DNA of 63,565 bases, filler included, from Octopus bimaculoides (Eukaryota): the NCBI RefSeq assembly GCF_001194135.2. It is 7 parts of 7 records of this genome, joined end to end, with 100 filler letters (N's around TTAATTAATTAA, not from the genome) between each part and the next. Parts side by side here need not be neighbours in the genome. Positions count along the whole stretch, not along the records: positions 1 to 17,742 come from NC_068988.1; 6 more parts are not named here. One strand, written 5' to 3'. Numbering within the stretch: position 1 is the stretch's first letter; every line of letters starts with the position of its first letter. Of this stretch, positions 1 to 13,621 are shown piece by piece. The position numbers and the translations under genes are program-made. The notes beneath the pieces were generated by a model. The model ran no database searches and was not told the origin of the DNA. It worked only from the letters and a program-made list of their open reading frames with translations.

Positions 1-556
1 TATATATATATATATATATATGAATGTGAGTGTGTGAATGTGTGTCAGCGTGTGTGTGTGTGTGTGTAAAGCGCTTAGGTATATTTGGTAATTCTTTACA
101 TATTCTTACACCAGTGTATAGTTTTTGTTTGTCTGCATCAATTATTTCTAATCTTCGTTTTCACACATCTTATTCTTATTTATACATCCTGAATATTATC
201 CGTATATTTGTAAAATAGGCTTTGCAACGTTTATCTGATTCGACTACAACAAATCTGGATAGTTCTCCTTAATTTCATAGTTTTTTTCCCTTTCATTAAT
301 ACCCATTGATTTTAAAGTAATTTAGTTAAAATTTATCACATTTTTCAAATTCCAGATTTTTGTTCTTTTAAAATACTATTTTATATTCGTAATTTAATCA
401 TTTTTGTTTAGTTTTTAGATAAACCTGAAGTGCTCGCGATTAAATATTTTCATTTTTTTCGGCATGTTTTCGTTTTCAATAAATTATTTCTTTTCTTTTC
501 TTTTTGTACTCCTTGTACTATTTTTATCACCGTCTTTTTATGGATCGTATTTGTGT

Positions 557-1235
557 CACGGGTTGGACAAAATAATGGAAACGCCTTAAATTTCAAACAA
601 ATTTATTTTAATATGAGGTTGGATCGCCTTTGGCAGTAATTACAGCTTGAATTTTATGAGGTATAGACTCGTAAAAAGCTTGAATTGATTCTAAAGGTAT
701 TTTTGTCAATTCTACAGCTAAAAGAGTTTCCAGTTCTTGTAGAGATTATGGTGGAGGATATCGACTCCTTTTCTAAAATGCACCATGCATGTTCAATAAT
801 ATTGAGATCTGGGGACAGTGGTGGCTAGATAAGATGCTCGACTCCACTAGAATATTCATTGTGCCGTTCAGTAACAATTTTAGCTATGTGAATTGGTGCA
901 TTATCATCCTGAAAGATTGCGTTTCCCTCCGGAAACAGCTCCGCCACCATAGGGTGAATTTCATCAGATAAAATGCTTAAATAGTCAATTAATTCTGCCA
1001 TGAAGGGAAACCACTGGTCCGGCTGATTTCCAAGATATAGCCCAGATCATCACAGATCCTCCTCTATGTTTAACAGTTGAAAGAAGGCAGTCTTGCTCAA
1101 ATGCTTCTTTTGGCTGTCTACACACATTTACTTGGCCGGTGGTCAGACATAAGGTGAAGCATGACTCATCCGAGTATACAACATTCTTCCAGTGCTCTAG
1201 GGACCAATTCTGTAGGTGTTTACTGCACATTAAAC
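557..1235 (-). mobile_element. Tc1/mariner DNA transposon, 3' half with terminal inverted repeat
   Basis: Degenerate transposase on minus strand with the catalytic triad motifs WKNVVYSDES, FQDDNAPIH and SPDLNIIEHAW (DD34E type), ending AVITAKGDPTSY* (stop 608-610). Tc1-type TIR-like sequence CACGGGTTGGACAAAATAATGGAAAC starts at 557. Confidence 0.9.
608..1233 (-). pseudogene. Tc1-like DDE transposase fragment with frameshifts/stops
   Basis: ORF 985-1230 (VKHRGGSVMIW motif) continues in other frames to the DDN and PDLN-IE motifs. Confidence 0.85.
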
Positions 1236-1396
1236 ACTATACACGAGCTATACATATACCATAAACAGATGGTGAAATATATACACGCGGGCATATACCG
1301 ACATGAAGATCGCCCCATTCATTTCATTATATATAAATATATTAAAACTACAGACACACACACACACACACACATGTGTGTGTGTGTGTGTGTGTG

Positions 1397-1431
<35 letters not shown>

Positions 1432-2214
1432 ATTGCTACCCCAAAATAATAAGACTGACATTAATTCTGAAAGATTTAAAATATTATCCAGCGAACAATT
1501 TATGCGCGATAACGACAGTCGCAGATCAATAAACTAGTATTGTTAGAAATATATTTATTCAATCGTCAACTAGACGTCAAGATGATATTATCTACGCTAA
1601 CTGATAAACAAAGCAAAATATTTTAATTCCCAAACGAGACGAAAAATAGTTCGAATTTCGAATTTCGAACCGATACTACATCTTCAGTTCTTTAGATTGT
1701 CTTGATCATATTTCTTTAAACAAATCCAACAAAATCTATTTTAATTCATATGACAATCCTTATATCGCCCGATAATCGCACATGATTGTTTTAGAATTTC
1801 AATCTTATACTTCGATTATTTTCCAAGCTTCATTAGTGAACGTGCATATGCTTCTGTATAAAAGCACGCCTGCTGAAACATAGTACACAAACAAAGGAAT
1901 TGATGCACGCGAACACACACTCACATACATACATACATACACTAACACATGCAGATATACTCAAATGCAAAGAAACAGACAGAAATATAATTAAACTGAG
2001 TGAAGGAGGTATACAGATACAGAGAGAGAGAGAGAGAAAGAGAAAGTGAGAGAGAAAGAGAGAGGTAGAGAAAATTGCAATCTGGTGGTCTTAGTTACGT
2101 ACAATAGGCATCAGTTCAGTGTCACAAATTATGTATATTGAGTCAGTTGTATTCTTAAAACATGGCTAGACGATTCACCTTCAACAAGAGATTTATATAT
2201 ATATATATATATAT

Positions 2215-2362
2215 GGGAGAATATACAAATAATAACCACAGACGAGGACAGGTGGTGTAAATAACAAAAGTATATATTAGTATGACGCTCGGGAATACGG
2301 AAAGTCTTTGACGTTTCGAGCTACGCTCTTCAACAGAAAGAATACGGAGACAAGGAGAAAAA
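2215..2362 (-). mobile_element. Short PLE-like terminal repeat fragment (family H1) carrying an HHR-like motif, ending in (TA)n
   Basis: Reverse-complement homolog of 62404-62528. Runs into the N gap at 2363. PLE assignment is inferred from the HHR plus short tail architecture. Confidence 0.55.
2305..2341 (-). ncRNA. Minimal type I hammerhead-like motif, variant core CUGUUGA, GUC cleavage triplet
   Basis: Minus strand reads TCTTT-CTGTTGA-A-GAGC-GTA-GCTC-GAAA-C-GTC/AAAGA: 5-bp stem I, 4-bp stem II, palindromic ACGU stem III. Confidence 0.6.
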
Positions 2363-3917
2363 ANNNNNNNNNNNNNNNNNNNNNNNNNNNNNNNNNNNNN
2401 NNNNNNNNNNNNNNNNNNNNNNNNNNNNNNNNNNNNNNNNNNNNNNNNNNNNNNNNNNNNNNNNNNNNNNNNNNNNNNNNNNNNNNNNNNNNNNNNNNNN
2501 NNNNNNNNNNNNNNNNNNNNNNNNNNNNNNNNNNNNNNNNNNNNNNNNNNNNNNNNNNNNNNNNNNNNNNNNNNNNNNNNNNNNNNNNNNNNNNNNNNNN
2601 NNNNNNNNNNNNNNNNNNNNNNNNNNNNNNNNNNNNNNNNNNNNNNNNNNNNNNNNNNNNNNNNNNNNNNNNNNNNNNNNNNNNNNNNNNNNNNNNNNNN
2701 NNNNNNNNNNNNNNNNNNNNNNNNNNNNNNNNNNNNNNNNNNNNNNNNNNNNNNNNNNNNNNNNNNNNNNNNNNNNNNNNNNNNNNNNNNNNNNNNNNNN
2801 NNNNNNNNNNNNNNNNNNNNNNNNNNNNNNNNNNNNNNNNNNNNNNNNNNNNNNNNNNNNNNNNNNNNNNNNNNNNNNNNNNNNNNNNNNNNNNNNNNNN
2901 NNNNNNNNNNNNNNNNNNNNNNNNNNNNNNNNNNNNNNNNNNNNNNNNNNNNNNNNNNNNNNNNNNNNNNNNNNNNNNNNNNNNNNNNNNNNNNNNNNNN
3001 NNNNNNNNNNNNNNNNNNNNNNNNNNNNNNNNNNNNNNNNNNNNNNNNNNNNNNNNNNNNNNNNNNNNNNNNNNNNNNNNNNNNNNNNNNNNNNNNNNNN
3101 NNNNNNNNNNNNNNNNNNNNNNNNNNNNNNNNNNNNNNNNNNNNNNNNNNNNNNNNNNNNNNNNNNNNNNNNNNNNNNNNNNNNNNNNNNNNNNNNNNNN
3201 NNNNNNNNNNNNNNNNNNNNNNNNNNNNNNNNNNNNNNNNNNNNNNNNNNNNNNNNNNNNNNNNNNNNNNNNNNNNNNNNNNNNNNNNNNNNNNNNNNNN
3301 NNNNNNTGCTAAACTTTGAAACCATTAGGAGTAGAACTAATACTAATTGATTTTGTTGTTGCTAGTGTACAAAAAATCTGTTATTTTTATTGATATCACA
3401 ATTTATTTTTTACATGAATAACAATATTTGGTCTTTATTAAATGCGCTTCACCTTTCGCCAATATATTTCTATCGTCATTATTTTATTATTTAAATTTTT
3501 GTCAATTTTCTTAAACACAATATCTATGCTGTATCACATTCGTCGTACATCTGTAATAGGATAATTCCAATATTAATGTTTCGAAGCAATTAAAAAATAT
3601 TTTCCTTGCCTTTTATTTCAGCTTATTTAGCATGCATTGACATGCTGCTCGAACTCCTAGTCACGCGTAAACACAAATCGCCACCACACCACCACCACCA
3701 CTTTACAGTACTAAACTGCTGCCGAGATAATAGCTATTCTTAGTCGAAATACCACCGCACAAACTACAGTGTCCCTCACATTGATACTGGACACCGATAT
3801 GAATATTGAATTTCATTCATTTATAAGATTCATACATTTAAAATTTAAATTTTTAGTTTAACTTTCATTAAAATATCTTCATCTATCGTCAAATAACTTT
3901 ACAAACAATTACACTCT

Positions 3918-3970
3918 TGTTGTTGTTGTTGTTGTTGTTGCTGTTGTTGTTGTTGTTGTTGTTGTTGTTG
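3918..3970. repeat. (TTG)n microsatellite
   Basis: Direct reading. Confidence 0.95.
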
Positions 3971-4092
3971 ATCAACATTTGGTAGTTTCAGGCAAAATTC
4001 TACTGCATCACCTGCTACACTTCCGAGTTCCTGTTACTGGGTTGTATGCTGCATTGTGTGTTCTTCCTGATATTGAAATGCATCAGGTACTT

Positions 4093-4527
<435 letters not shown>

Positions 4528-5420
4528 ATCTTTGCCATAGGCTTTGTATTTGTACAAGTTGGCTCTAATTCTCACTCAGAGACCTCAAGAGAATAAGTTA
4601 GAAGGTAATGTTGGTGTTATGCCTAGGGTGTCATATATTTGGTTTTCCACATAGTATTGTTTCAGAGAATGTTTAAGAAAACAAAAAGCATGAGTTTGTT
4701 TTAGTCTTGAGGTTCCAAATGTTACCAATTTCTATTTCAAGATCTTTATACTTGCCCAGTTTTTGGTAGGCCTTGACAAATACATTTATGTTGCTTGTGA
4801 CAATCATATCAATGAGGAGTCATGATTTTTGTATGTAGTCTTTCAGTATAATGTCTTACCTATTTGCATATATCTTTCTGTCAGTTTGAATAGTGAAGTT
4901 CCAGAGGAGTAAGATGTGATCATTTTCAAGCACTGGAGGCGGTGTGTGTTTCCACCAGCTTTTATCAAGTGGTAGATCTAGATTTTTGCAAATTACCTAG
5001 TGAATATATTGTGCTGCTCTATCATGCCTATGGAGATACGCTGCAGGCACAAGAAGAGTGCATATGGAGACAACATGATCGATGGTTTCATTTCGTTGTT
5101 GACATACAAGACGTGTTGGGCTACTGCCGTTCTTTAATTTGTCGGTTTGGTACTTTAACGTAGGTATTGATCTTGGGCTGCTGTGATAAATCCTTCTGTT
5201 TTATGATTTTAAGTGAGAACTAACTATTGATAAGTAACGGCTTAGTTAAGATTGGCTATATTAGCTCTATTTGGGTATTTGTTAGTGAGAGGATTTTTCT
5301 TGTCATTTATCAATATGAATATCTTAGGTAGCAGTCTTAACACCTGTTTTCATATGCTTGTTTTTTTTCTGTGCTTGTTTATAGTACGTCTAGTTCTGGA
5401 ATATGACCATGCTGACTTTC
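4528..5420 (-). mobile_element. Dong/R4-clade non-LTR retrotransposon, 3' fragment
   Basis: Minus-strand translation gives TEGFITAAQDQ, CQQRNETIDHVVSIC (degenerate CCHC), YLHRHD, LLWNFTIQTDRKIYANR*DII and KLGKYKDLEIEI, typical of the R4 restriction-like endonuclease region. The 3' UTR is homologous to 63350-63510 and runs into (TAA)n. Confidence 0.85.
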
Positions 5421-6625
5421 CTCGTTTCCCCGTAGGGTGGTCAATGTTTTTAGTGGTGTTTCATCTGTTGCTTCAGGTGGTTTTGCCGGTGCTGGTGTTG
5501 GTTGTGGTCCTCGCCCCGGTATACGTAGCAATGGAGACATTCGAATCTTTGGAACTTTTATCAGTTGAGGGCAAAAGGCTCGCAAACGGGTTGTTTCCAC
5601 AAACGAAACAATGTGGTCCTTTGACTTCAGTCATTATGTGTATTACCGACCCGTTTGGAGACGGATGTGGTCCGGGATTCTCTTTATATTTTCTGCACTG
5701 ATCTGGAGAAGTAACTCCAGGTCAATCCCGAAACCAGTTCTCTCTGGTCGTTTTTATCACCTCTATTGGGATGGTATCTAACCCTTGCTCGATTATGCAT
5801 CCCAGAAGCCACCACATATCAAGTCCCGGTGGAATCCAGGGAATGCGGACACATGCTGTTCTTTTATCCATGTGGGAGGCTACATAACGACCTTGTTGGA
5901 TTTGCAAGGGGTCATTGAGTGCTTCATAGCGAGGTTTCTGACTTTAAAAGCACCAAAATGGCGACGTATTTTCTGCTCCTCGCTATGTACTGGGTGTTAT
6001 CCCTGCTATATTTCAGTGCAGCTACAATTTCTGCTTGTGTTATTAAAGCCACTTTCTTTGCCTCTGTTGAGAGGCATCTGAAAAGCAGTGTTCTTTTCTC
6101 CACTGCTTTAATGTCACCTGACATGATAATTTGGTCGGACCAGGTTAGCTCGTGTTTAACGATTTTCCAGGCAAACATTTCATCTTTGCTTGTGAGGTCT
6201 AGGTTGAATCGTTGTCTAATTTTGGTTACTGTGAATGTGCTTTAGTTATTGTTAGTAATATTAGTATTATTGTTGTTGTTGTTGCAGCTACTGCTGTTAT
6301 TGTTATTGATTTGGTTGGTATTGTTGGTGTTCTTGACACCTTTGCTACCACAGCTACTACCGCTGTTGCTGCCATTTGTAGTAGCGGTGGAGACGGTGGT
6401 GCTTCCGCTTGTCCTGTTGGTGTTTGCAATATTCTTCTCTTGTTTTTGCGGTGGTAAAGTGTAGAAAAGAAGCATGAGGAATTCGTTTCCATGCGTTTCA
6501 CGTGCGCTAGTGTTCTCGTTATTGCTGCTGGTGCTGCAGCAATCGCTGTCTTGTTCGACTTGGCTGTTCCGCTTTGAGGATAACACGCTGTTCTTTTCAG
6601 CGGACAGACTTTTTCATCGCCATCT
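5420..6625 (-). mobile_element. L1/Tx1-type LINE ORF1 region, degenerate
   Basis: T/S/N-rich N-terminus, then KRTLLFRC...SHMDKRTACVRIPWIPP, paralleling the ORF1 at 56063-56368 (HYMGKRLTRIQVKNVP) that precedes an APE domain. Confidence 0.55.
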
Positions 6626-6629
6626 ATGG

Positions 6630-6823
6630 AAAAAAATTTAACCGGGCCCCACCTGCAAGGCCTTGCGCTGTTTATCTTGATTTGATATCATCATGTATCG
6701 CACATATTGATGTGATGAACGTGCCTAGTGTACACTTATCAGATGGGTACTCATGATGGGTATACTGGGCTTCGTATATTTTACTTCAGTATCACTTTGA
6801 TGGCATGCACTGCACTCCCACTC
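6630..6823 (+). mobile_element. Unclassified (TAA)n-associated element X, 3' portion
   Basis: Homologous to the reverse complement of 54110-54300 and 52578-52780; followed directly by (TAA)n. Confidence 0.8.
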
Positions 6824-6825
6824 AG

Positions 6826-6839
6826 TAATAATAATAATG

Positions 6840-6904
<65 letters not shown>

Positions 6905-7052
6905 AAGAAGAAGATGAAGAAGAAAAGGAAGAAGAATTTTGATGAAGACGGTCATCATCATCATCGTCATCATCATCGTCGTCGTCATCGTCATCATCAT
7001 CGTCGTCGTCATCGTCATCATCATCATCNNNNNNNNNNCGTCGTCGTCATCG

Positions 7053-7111
<59 letters not shown>
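6826..7111. repeat. Compound microsatellites (TAA)n, (GAA)n, (CAT/CGT)n
   Basis: Direct reading. Confidence 0.95.
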
Positions 7112-7112
<1 letters not shown>

Positions 7113-7465
7113 GGGTAGGCCTCAAATTTATGTAATTTGTTGAAATGAAATAATGAGTTTATGATTCGTTCGGGATTCCAATTTTCTGCTCTAAAATAAC
7201 ACAAGAGTCGGCTTGGAAATGTTGATGAAGAAAATGCAGAAAATGAAATTAAATTCTTTTGTAATTATGTAAATTTTAATTAGTGTAGCGAAATATTACC
7301 GATGAAATGATTTTCTAAGCAGACAATATGTTATAATAATTCGTGCAAAGAAGGTAACATCAATGGCTTTTAGCATTCCGGTTAAATATTAGCGCAGCTA
7401 TATTGAGAACAACAGTAATATTATATACCTAAGAATACAATAGTTATATATTGGTTTGAAATTTA

Positions 7466-7642
7466 GGCACAGGACCAGCCATTTCTGGTCCAGTACGTAA
7501 CTGGTAGTTAATTTTATCAGACTCCAAAACATGAAATGCAAAATCGATCACGGTGGTATTTGAACTCAAAACGTAAAAAATGGACGAACTGCTGCAAACC
7601 ATTCTCCAAGGCATGCTAACAATTCTACCAGCTCACCGCTTT
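7466..7642 (-). mobile_element. tRNA-derived SINE family B, degenerate copy
   Basis: Reverse complement resembles 41914-42125 (GCGGTGAGCTGGTAGAA...GAGTTCAAAT). Confidence 0.7.
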
Positions 7643-7929
7643 ATAACAGTCGTATATTATAACATTAGTTTGAAGGAATCTACAGCTGCATGGGTAACAG
7701 GATTTTTCAAGTATATACCCGCCAGTATTTAACGGATACTATATTGTATCGGCAATGTAGGGATGTGTGTCAAAAATTACCTTGATGTGATTTGAATTTA
7801 GAAAGAAAACAGTCGTAACTAAAATACCACAAGGTATTTTGTCCGACCGTCTAGGGAGTATATTATCACTAGTACAACACACTCAGGAACACACACACAC
7901 GTAGACGGAGGAACACATGGGAGTGTGTG

Positions 7930-7962
<33 letters not shown>

Positions 7963-10900
7963 TTGTGCGTGTGCATGTGCGTGTGTGGCGTGTGTGTGGT
8001 TGTGTGTGTGCTTGTGTGTGTTTGAATATACATAGAGAGTGAGAGAGATGAAAAAGATAAAAGAGATGGTGCAGGAAGAGAAGAAGGATGACAATAATGA
8101 TGAGGAGGAGGATAATAACAATGTCGAGGAGGGGGAGGAGGAGGAGGAGGAGGAGGGGAGTATGGGAGGGAGGAGGGAGAGGGGGAGCGACTGCTACAAT
8201 TGTACAATATTCGCCAAACTCTGTCTCGAAAACGCAGTAACAGAAATTAAAACGCACAGAAAATGCACAGCGAAAACGCTCGGTGGGTATATTTGTAAGC
8301 AGGTGTAGTTTAAAGGAGACCAGAGAAAGATTATGTTCCTTTCCTTAATTACCTTCTCATGAGTGAGAATATTGCGACCTCCAAATATATTAATTTCTTA
8401 CTTGATAACACCTGCCTTTTATAGGGTAATAATACAGCGTTATGGCGAATATTTAACTATTCTAAGATAGAATGGTGCCAGATCTATTAATTTCGGTTAA
8501 CATGATTCTAAATTTTGCTTGAAAACATTGCCATAGATTCCCATACTCTAGGGCTTCCCAAGGGTTCCCAAAGCGGGCTCTATTAACCCCGGGGCTGGAG
8601 ATTCAGGGGTTGTTGATGAAAGTCGGGGTGATAATGGGGTGACCAGAAGGGGACTATGGATGTAAATGCAAGAAAAATAATTGGTTAATTAAATTATATT
8701 TCTCAAATACAGTCTTTTAAATTTGGGCTAGAAAGTGAGGCGGGTGCCAGGAATGTTGGCTGAATGTCAAGAGCGTGCCATCCCTCAAAACTTTGGCAAA
8801 CATTGGATTAAAGTTGCGTCCTGAAAGTGGCGGTGGTTTAAGTTGGAAGTAATCGTTTTATTTAAGTCAAGGGTCTAGCGTATTCCGCTAAAGTACTTAT
8901 CGCTTTTAATTAGTTTTCGGCAATCTTATTCTTGAACTACCGAACCCATCATTTGTGCACAACCCAAAGATATCGAGAGAGAGATCCAGTTTTTATGAGT
9001 TTTCATGATCTAAACAATGAAACAAGAAAAAAAACACGGACTCCGCTTAAAAAAAAAAAAGAACACGATTTCCATTCAAACATCGCAAAATGCACCACCT
9101 CCGTTTGGAACCTCTCAGAGCCATCGTGGAATAAAAAGTATCCGTTAACATTCTTCGTAATTGAAATATTAAATACGCTCTTCTTTGTGACAGGCCTCTC
9201 GAACACCGGGATATTAAAGAAAAGATTAATATTGAAAATGAATCATTCATGGTATTACACAGGTTCTGCGTGTAGAAAATCTGATTTCAATGTAATGTAC
9301 TTACATTGGTAAATCAAGCAAAGATTACTATGGCAGGGTTGATGGTTTCGAGTGAAGGCACTTATAAATTTAGAGAGATTAATCATCCGGTTTTTAGGGG
9401 CGGAAAAGGAACTGGCCTGGTGACCATTAAGGGTGTAATAAAGTAGCCAAAAATAGGAGAACCATGCATTTATCTCCATGTCAAAGAGAGATAAGTATAT
9501 TTCGTTTTGGGTTTATATCGTACAATTGCTTATGTATGTATGCAAGTACATGTCGAAATGTATATATATTCATATGTACTTTCATATATCATTGTGTACT
9601 TCTGTGTGTGTGTGCGCGCGCGCCCGTGCGCGTGTGTTTGTTTGTTAGTATGTGCGTGCGTGTGTGTGGGGAAGAATATATTTATCAGGAACATAAATAT
9701 CTATGTTTGAGTGAAAGTATTTATGCACAGCGTTTTGGCTACATGTGTATAACCCTAATGAGAGTGAATATTTCATACGATGACAATATTATTACATGCA
9801 ATGTTTCTCAGATGACGAAATAACACAGTAGCTCAATTCCACACTGGTAATGTTTTCATAAAGAATAATTCTTAAACAAACTGAAACGTGAACCAATTGT
9901 GCCATTGGTTCATTGCTTATCTTCATTTGTACGTGACATCCAAACACTTTTTTTTTATTTACATTACGAATATTATAAATATACATAAATACATAAATAC
10001 ATACATACATACATACTTACACACACATACACACACACACACACACATACATATATATATGCATACATATGTATGTATGCCTAAGGGCTTGAGGCGTAGT
10101 TATTGATTTATATGTTCACGTATCTTTGTACACAAAAAAACAGATACGCGCACACAGACATAGGCACACATACACACATATATATATGCAAATACACAAA
10201 CACACAAACACACATATGAGCATTCACCCGTTTATGTACACGTACAAGCAGATACTTTCATGTATTTACATTTATATATATATATATATNNNNNNNNNNN
10301 NNNNNNNNNNNNNNNNNNNNNNNNNNNNNNNNNNNNNNNNNNNNNNNNNNNNNNNNNNNNNNNNNNNNNNNNNNNNNNNNNNNNNNNNNNNNNNNNNNNN
10401 NNNNNNNNNNNNNNNNNNNNNNNNNNNNNNNNNNNNNNNNNNNNNNNNNNNNNNNNNNNNNNNNNNNNNNNNNNNNNNNNNNNNNNNNNNNNNNNNNNNN
10501 NNNNNNNNNNNNNNNNNNNNNNNNNNNNNNNNNNNNNNNNNNNNNNNNNNNNNNNNNNNNNNNNNNNNNNNNNNNNNNNNNNNNNNNNNNNNNNNNNNNN
10601 NNNNNNNNNNNNNNNNNNNNNNNNNNNNNNNNNNNNNNNNNNNNNNNNNNNNNNNNNNNNNNNNNNNNNNNNNNNNNNNNNNNNNNNNNNNNNNNNNNNN
10701 NNNNNNNNNNNNNNNNNNNNNNNNNNNNNNNNNNNNNNNNNNNNNNNNNNNNNNNNNNNNNNNNNNNNNNNNNNNNNNNNNNNNNNNNNNNNNNNNNNNN
10801 NNNNNNNNNNNNNNNNNNNNNNNNNNNNNNNNNNNNNNNNNNNNNNNNNNNNNNNNNNNNNNNNNNNNNNNNNNNNNNNNNNNNNNNNNNNNNNNNNNNN

Positions 10901-11740
10901 NNNNNNNNNNNNNNNNNNNNNNNNNNNNNNNNNNNNNNNNNNNNNNNNNNNNNNNNNNNNNNNNNNNNNNNNNNNNNNNNNNNNNNNNNNNNNNNNNNNN
11001 NNNNNNNNNNNNNNNNNTTGGTATATTGTGTGTGTGCGCGTGTGTGTGTACGTGTGTGTGCGTGTGTGTGTGCGTGTGTGTGCGTGTGTGTGTGCGTGTG
11101 TGTGTGCGTATGTGTGTGTGTTGGTACAATTATATAGGCCAAATGTGGATGACTCTCAGGAGAACTGCACGTCATAACGAAGAGATTCGTTTTCTAGTGT
11201 ATAGACAGATGCCATTCAGTGAACACTTAGATGTTCGGGGTACAGGAACGACGGTTTCCAAATCTACCAGAGCAAGGGACAACGATTGAATAAAGAGAAT
11301 TTATTTATTGAAAAAATAAAAAAAAACACGCCTGAATATGAGCACATAACAGATTTTGCATTGTGTAAGTATTTTAATTCATGAACGCATAACCAAATTT
11401 ATACATATTTTACTTCACTATTTTAATTCATACAATTAATAACTTCGTATTATAAATACTATCCCGAAAAAAAACAGGGAACTCCCCAAAATAGGTAATT
11501 AACTCCGCTGTCTCGAATAATAACTATCTCTAATTACTTCCCCTTAAACTTACTTGGATTCTAGTTGACTTACGAACAGACCTTCATGCATACAACATGG
11601 ACTAAAAACTCCTGAAGATACTGCAGAATTGTAATACATTCACCAATTTCCCGGTCATGATCAACAAAACGCGAGTCCGATACACTTTATGAATATTCTT
11701 ATAAAATATATAACGAATATAAAAATTACGTGCATTTTCC

Positions 11741-11885
<145 letters not shown>

Positions 11886-12644
11886 ACATACGTACAAACA
11901 TACATCACGTCTTCATCTGACGCGTGGTACACAGTGAACCTGTGCAGGCAACGAACAGGTGCACTGTTTGATTGAGGGAGCGAGATAATGTAAGGCACAT
12001 AGATTTGATCACTGTATGGAAATCATTTATGTAGGTCATACGTCATTCTTGTAGTTCATACGTAGTCTTCGACAGGAGTTTCCATCAAATATATGTGTTA
12101 ATATTTTGATTAGATATAATCATTGAAGAACTATTTCAAAGCAAAGTGCATCACGTTAATGAATATTAGGTAGAATACATTCCAACTCAGGTTAACAATG
12201 CAGAAAGTTCATTGACGATTTGTAAGCGGAACACCAACAATATAAAAAGACGAAGAGAACTTTTGCGTGAATGATTTGGTATTGCTACAATCGTTTCATT
12301 AAAGGACTTTCTTGATTTGCAAAATCATACGAGCAGGTATGCATATAGAGCAACTGCAAAACACAGCGGTTAACCTCTCAAATCTTGAAGGTGGTCCGTG
12401 CTGCAAAAGAACAAATATCGAAGTGCTGCTGGACAGCATGGCCTAACAGCATGTGTTGATGAGATCAGGGAAACTAACAGATAGTAGAGGATAAGAGGAT
12501 AGAGTGTAGCACGCGAACCAAAAATGTATGTAGTTCAGTTAGGCTATGCTGTCCAGTGATGAATCGATACTTGCTCTTATGCAACACGGTGCAGCCTGAA
12601 GATTGTCATGGTTCTCTATTGTGTTTTGAGGTAGAGGGTAAAAG

Positions 12645-12718
12645 GTAAAGTTATCTTCTCGAGTCATACCGACTCATAAGGGCCGGTTTACAGGTTCCAT
12701 GACGTATATATACCCCGT
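12645..12718 (-). mobile_element. SINE 3' fragment with (ACCTTT)n-like tail (family E)
   Basis: Homologous to 51115-51170 and the reverse complement of 51470-51535. Confidence 0.55.
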
Positions 12719-13228
12719 CACAGATTTTGTTTTGAAGTACGATATAGATGTTTTCACTTCGCACATTCTTTACTGTACGATATTACGTTATAATGAAATC
12801 CCTTAATGAAGGTAAGGAAACGATTTCCTATAACTCATTCGCCTGTTTTTGCTCTCATACACACACACACATATACTCACACACGCGCGCACACGTTTCA
12901 TACATTTTCATCAAATATCTGTGTACGTAAATATGTATAATTAGCTACTCGTGTTTATCATTATATATGTATAATATATTTTCGTGCGCGCACATTCACA
13001 CATAAACATTTAACAGCGGCCGCGCGCAAGCACATATAATCACTGAAGGTACACACATATATTATTATCGCTGAATTTGAGGGTAAATTTCGGACTCGTA
13101 ATTGTTTCCCTCGCTATTTCGACATAACCATTGGCTCTGTGGACTCTACTAAGTTTACTGGAGTTCTTAGACTCTAAATACACTACAACATTAAAACCCA
13201 ATTCCTGATATTTTAGGGGGAATCTATA

Positions 13229-13621
13229 TTGTTGTTGTTGGTACTCCGTCGCTTACGACGACGAGGGTTCCAGTTGATCCAATCAACGGAACAGCCTGCT
13301 CGTGAAATTAACGTGCAAGTGGCTGAGCACTCCACAGACACGTGTACCCTTAACGTAGTTCTCGGAGATATTCAGCGTGACACAGAGTGTGACAAGGCTG
13401 ACCCTTTGAATTACAGGCACAACAGAAACAGGAAGTAAGAGTGAGAGAAAGTTGTGGTGAAAGAGTACAGCAGGGTTCGCCACATTCCCCTGCCGGAGCC
13501 TCGTGGAGCATCTTTAGGTGTTTTCGCTCAATAAACACTGACAACGCCGGTCTGGGAATCGAAACCGCGATCCTATGACCGCGAGTCCGCTGTCGTAACC
13601 ACTGGGCCATTGCGCCTCCAC
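13229..13621 (-). mobile_element. tRNA-derived SINE family A, full length, (CAA)n tail
   Basis: Head GTGGAGGCGCAATGGCCCAGTGGTT...GGTTTCGATTCCC with A/B-box-like motifs; near-identical copies at 15046-15430 and 55445-55826. Confidence 0.92.

Noticed and set aside
1650-1695. Minus-strand CTGAAGATG...CGAAA motif
   Set aside because: Stem II and stem I do not pair, and there is no valid cleavage triplet geometry.
2308-3325. 300-400-aa ORFs made of X (also 10.1-11.3, 18.4-19.4, 45-47.7, 52.8-54.4 kb)
   Set aside because: They are open only because N gaps contain no stop codons.
11133-11295. Possible terminal exon RPNVDDSQENCTS* with downstream AATAAA
   Set aside because: The acceptor lacks a pyrimidine tract, the peptide is unrecognisable, and no upstream exons were found.
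13540-13621. tRNA-like sequences at SINE heads (also 15430, 41914, 51345, 55826)
   Set aside because: They continue into SINE bodies and tails and lack a complete cloverleaf, so they are not tRNA genes.
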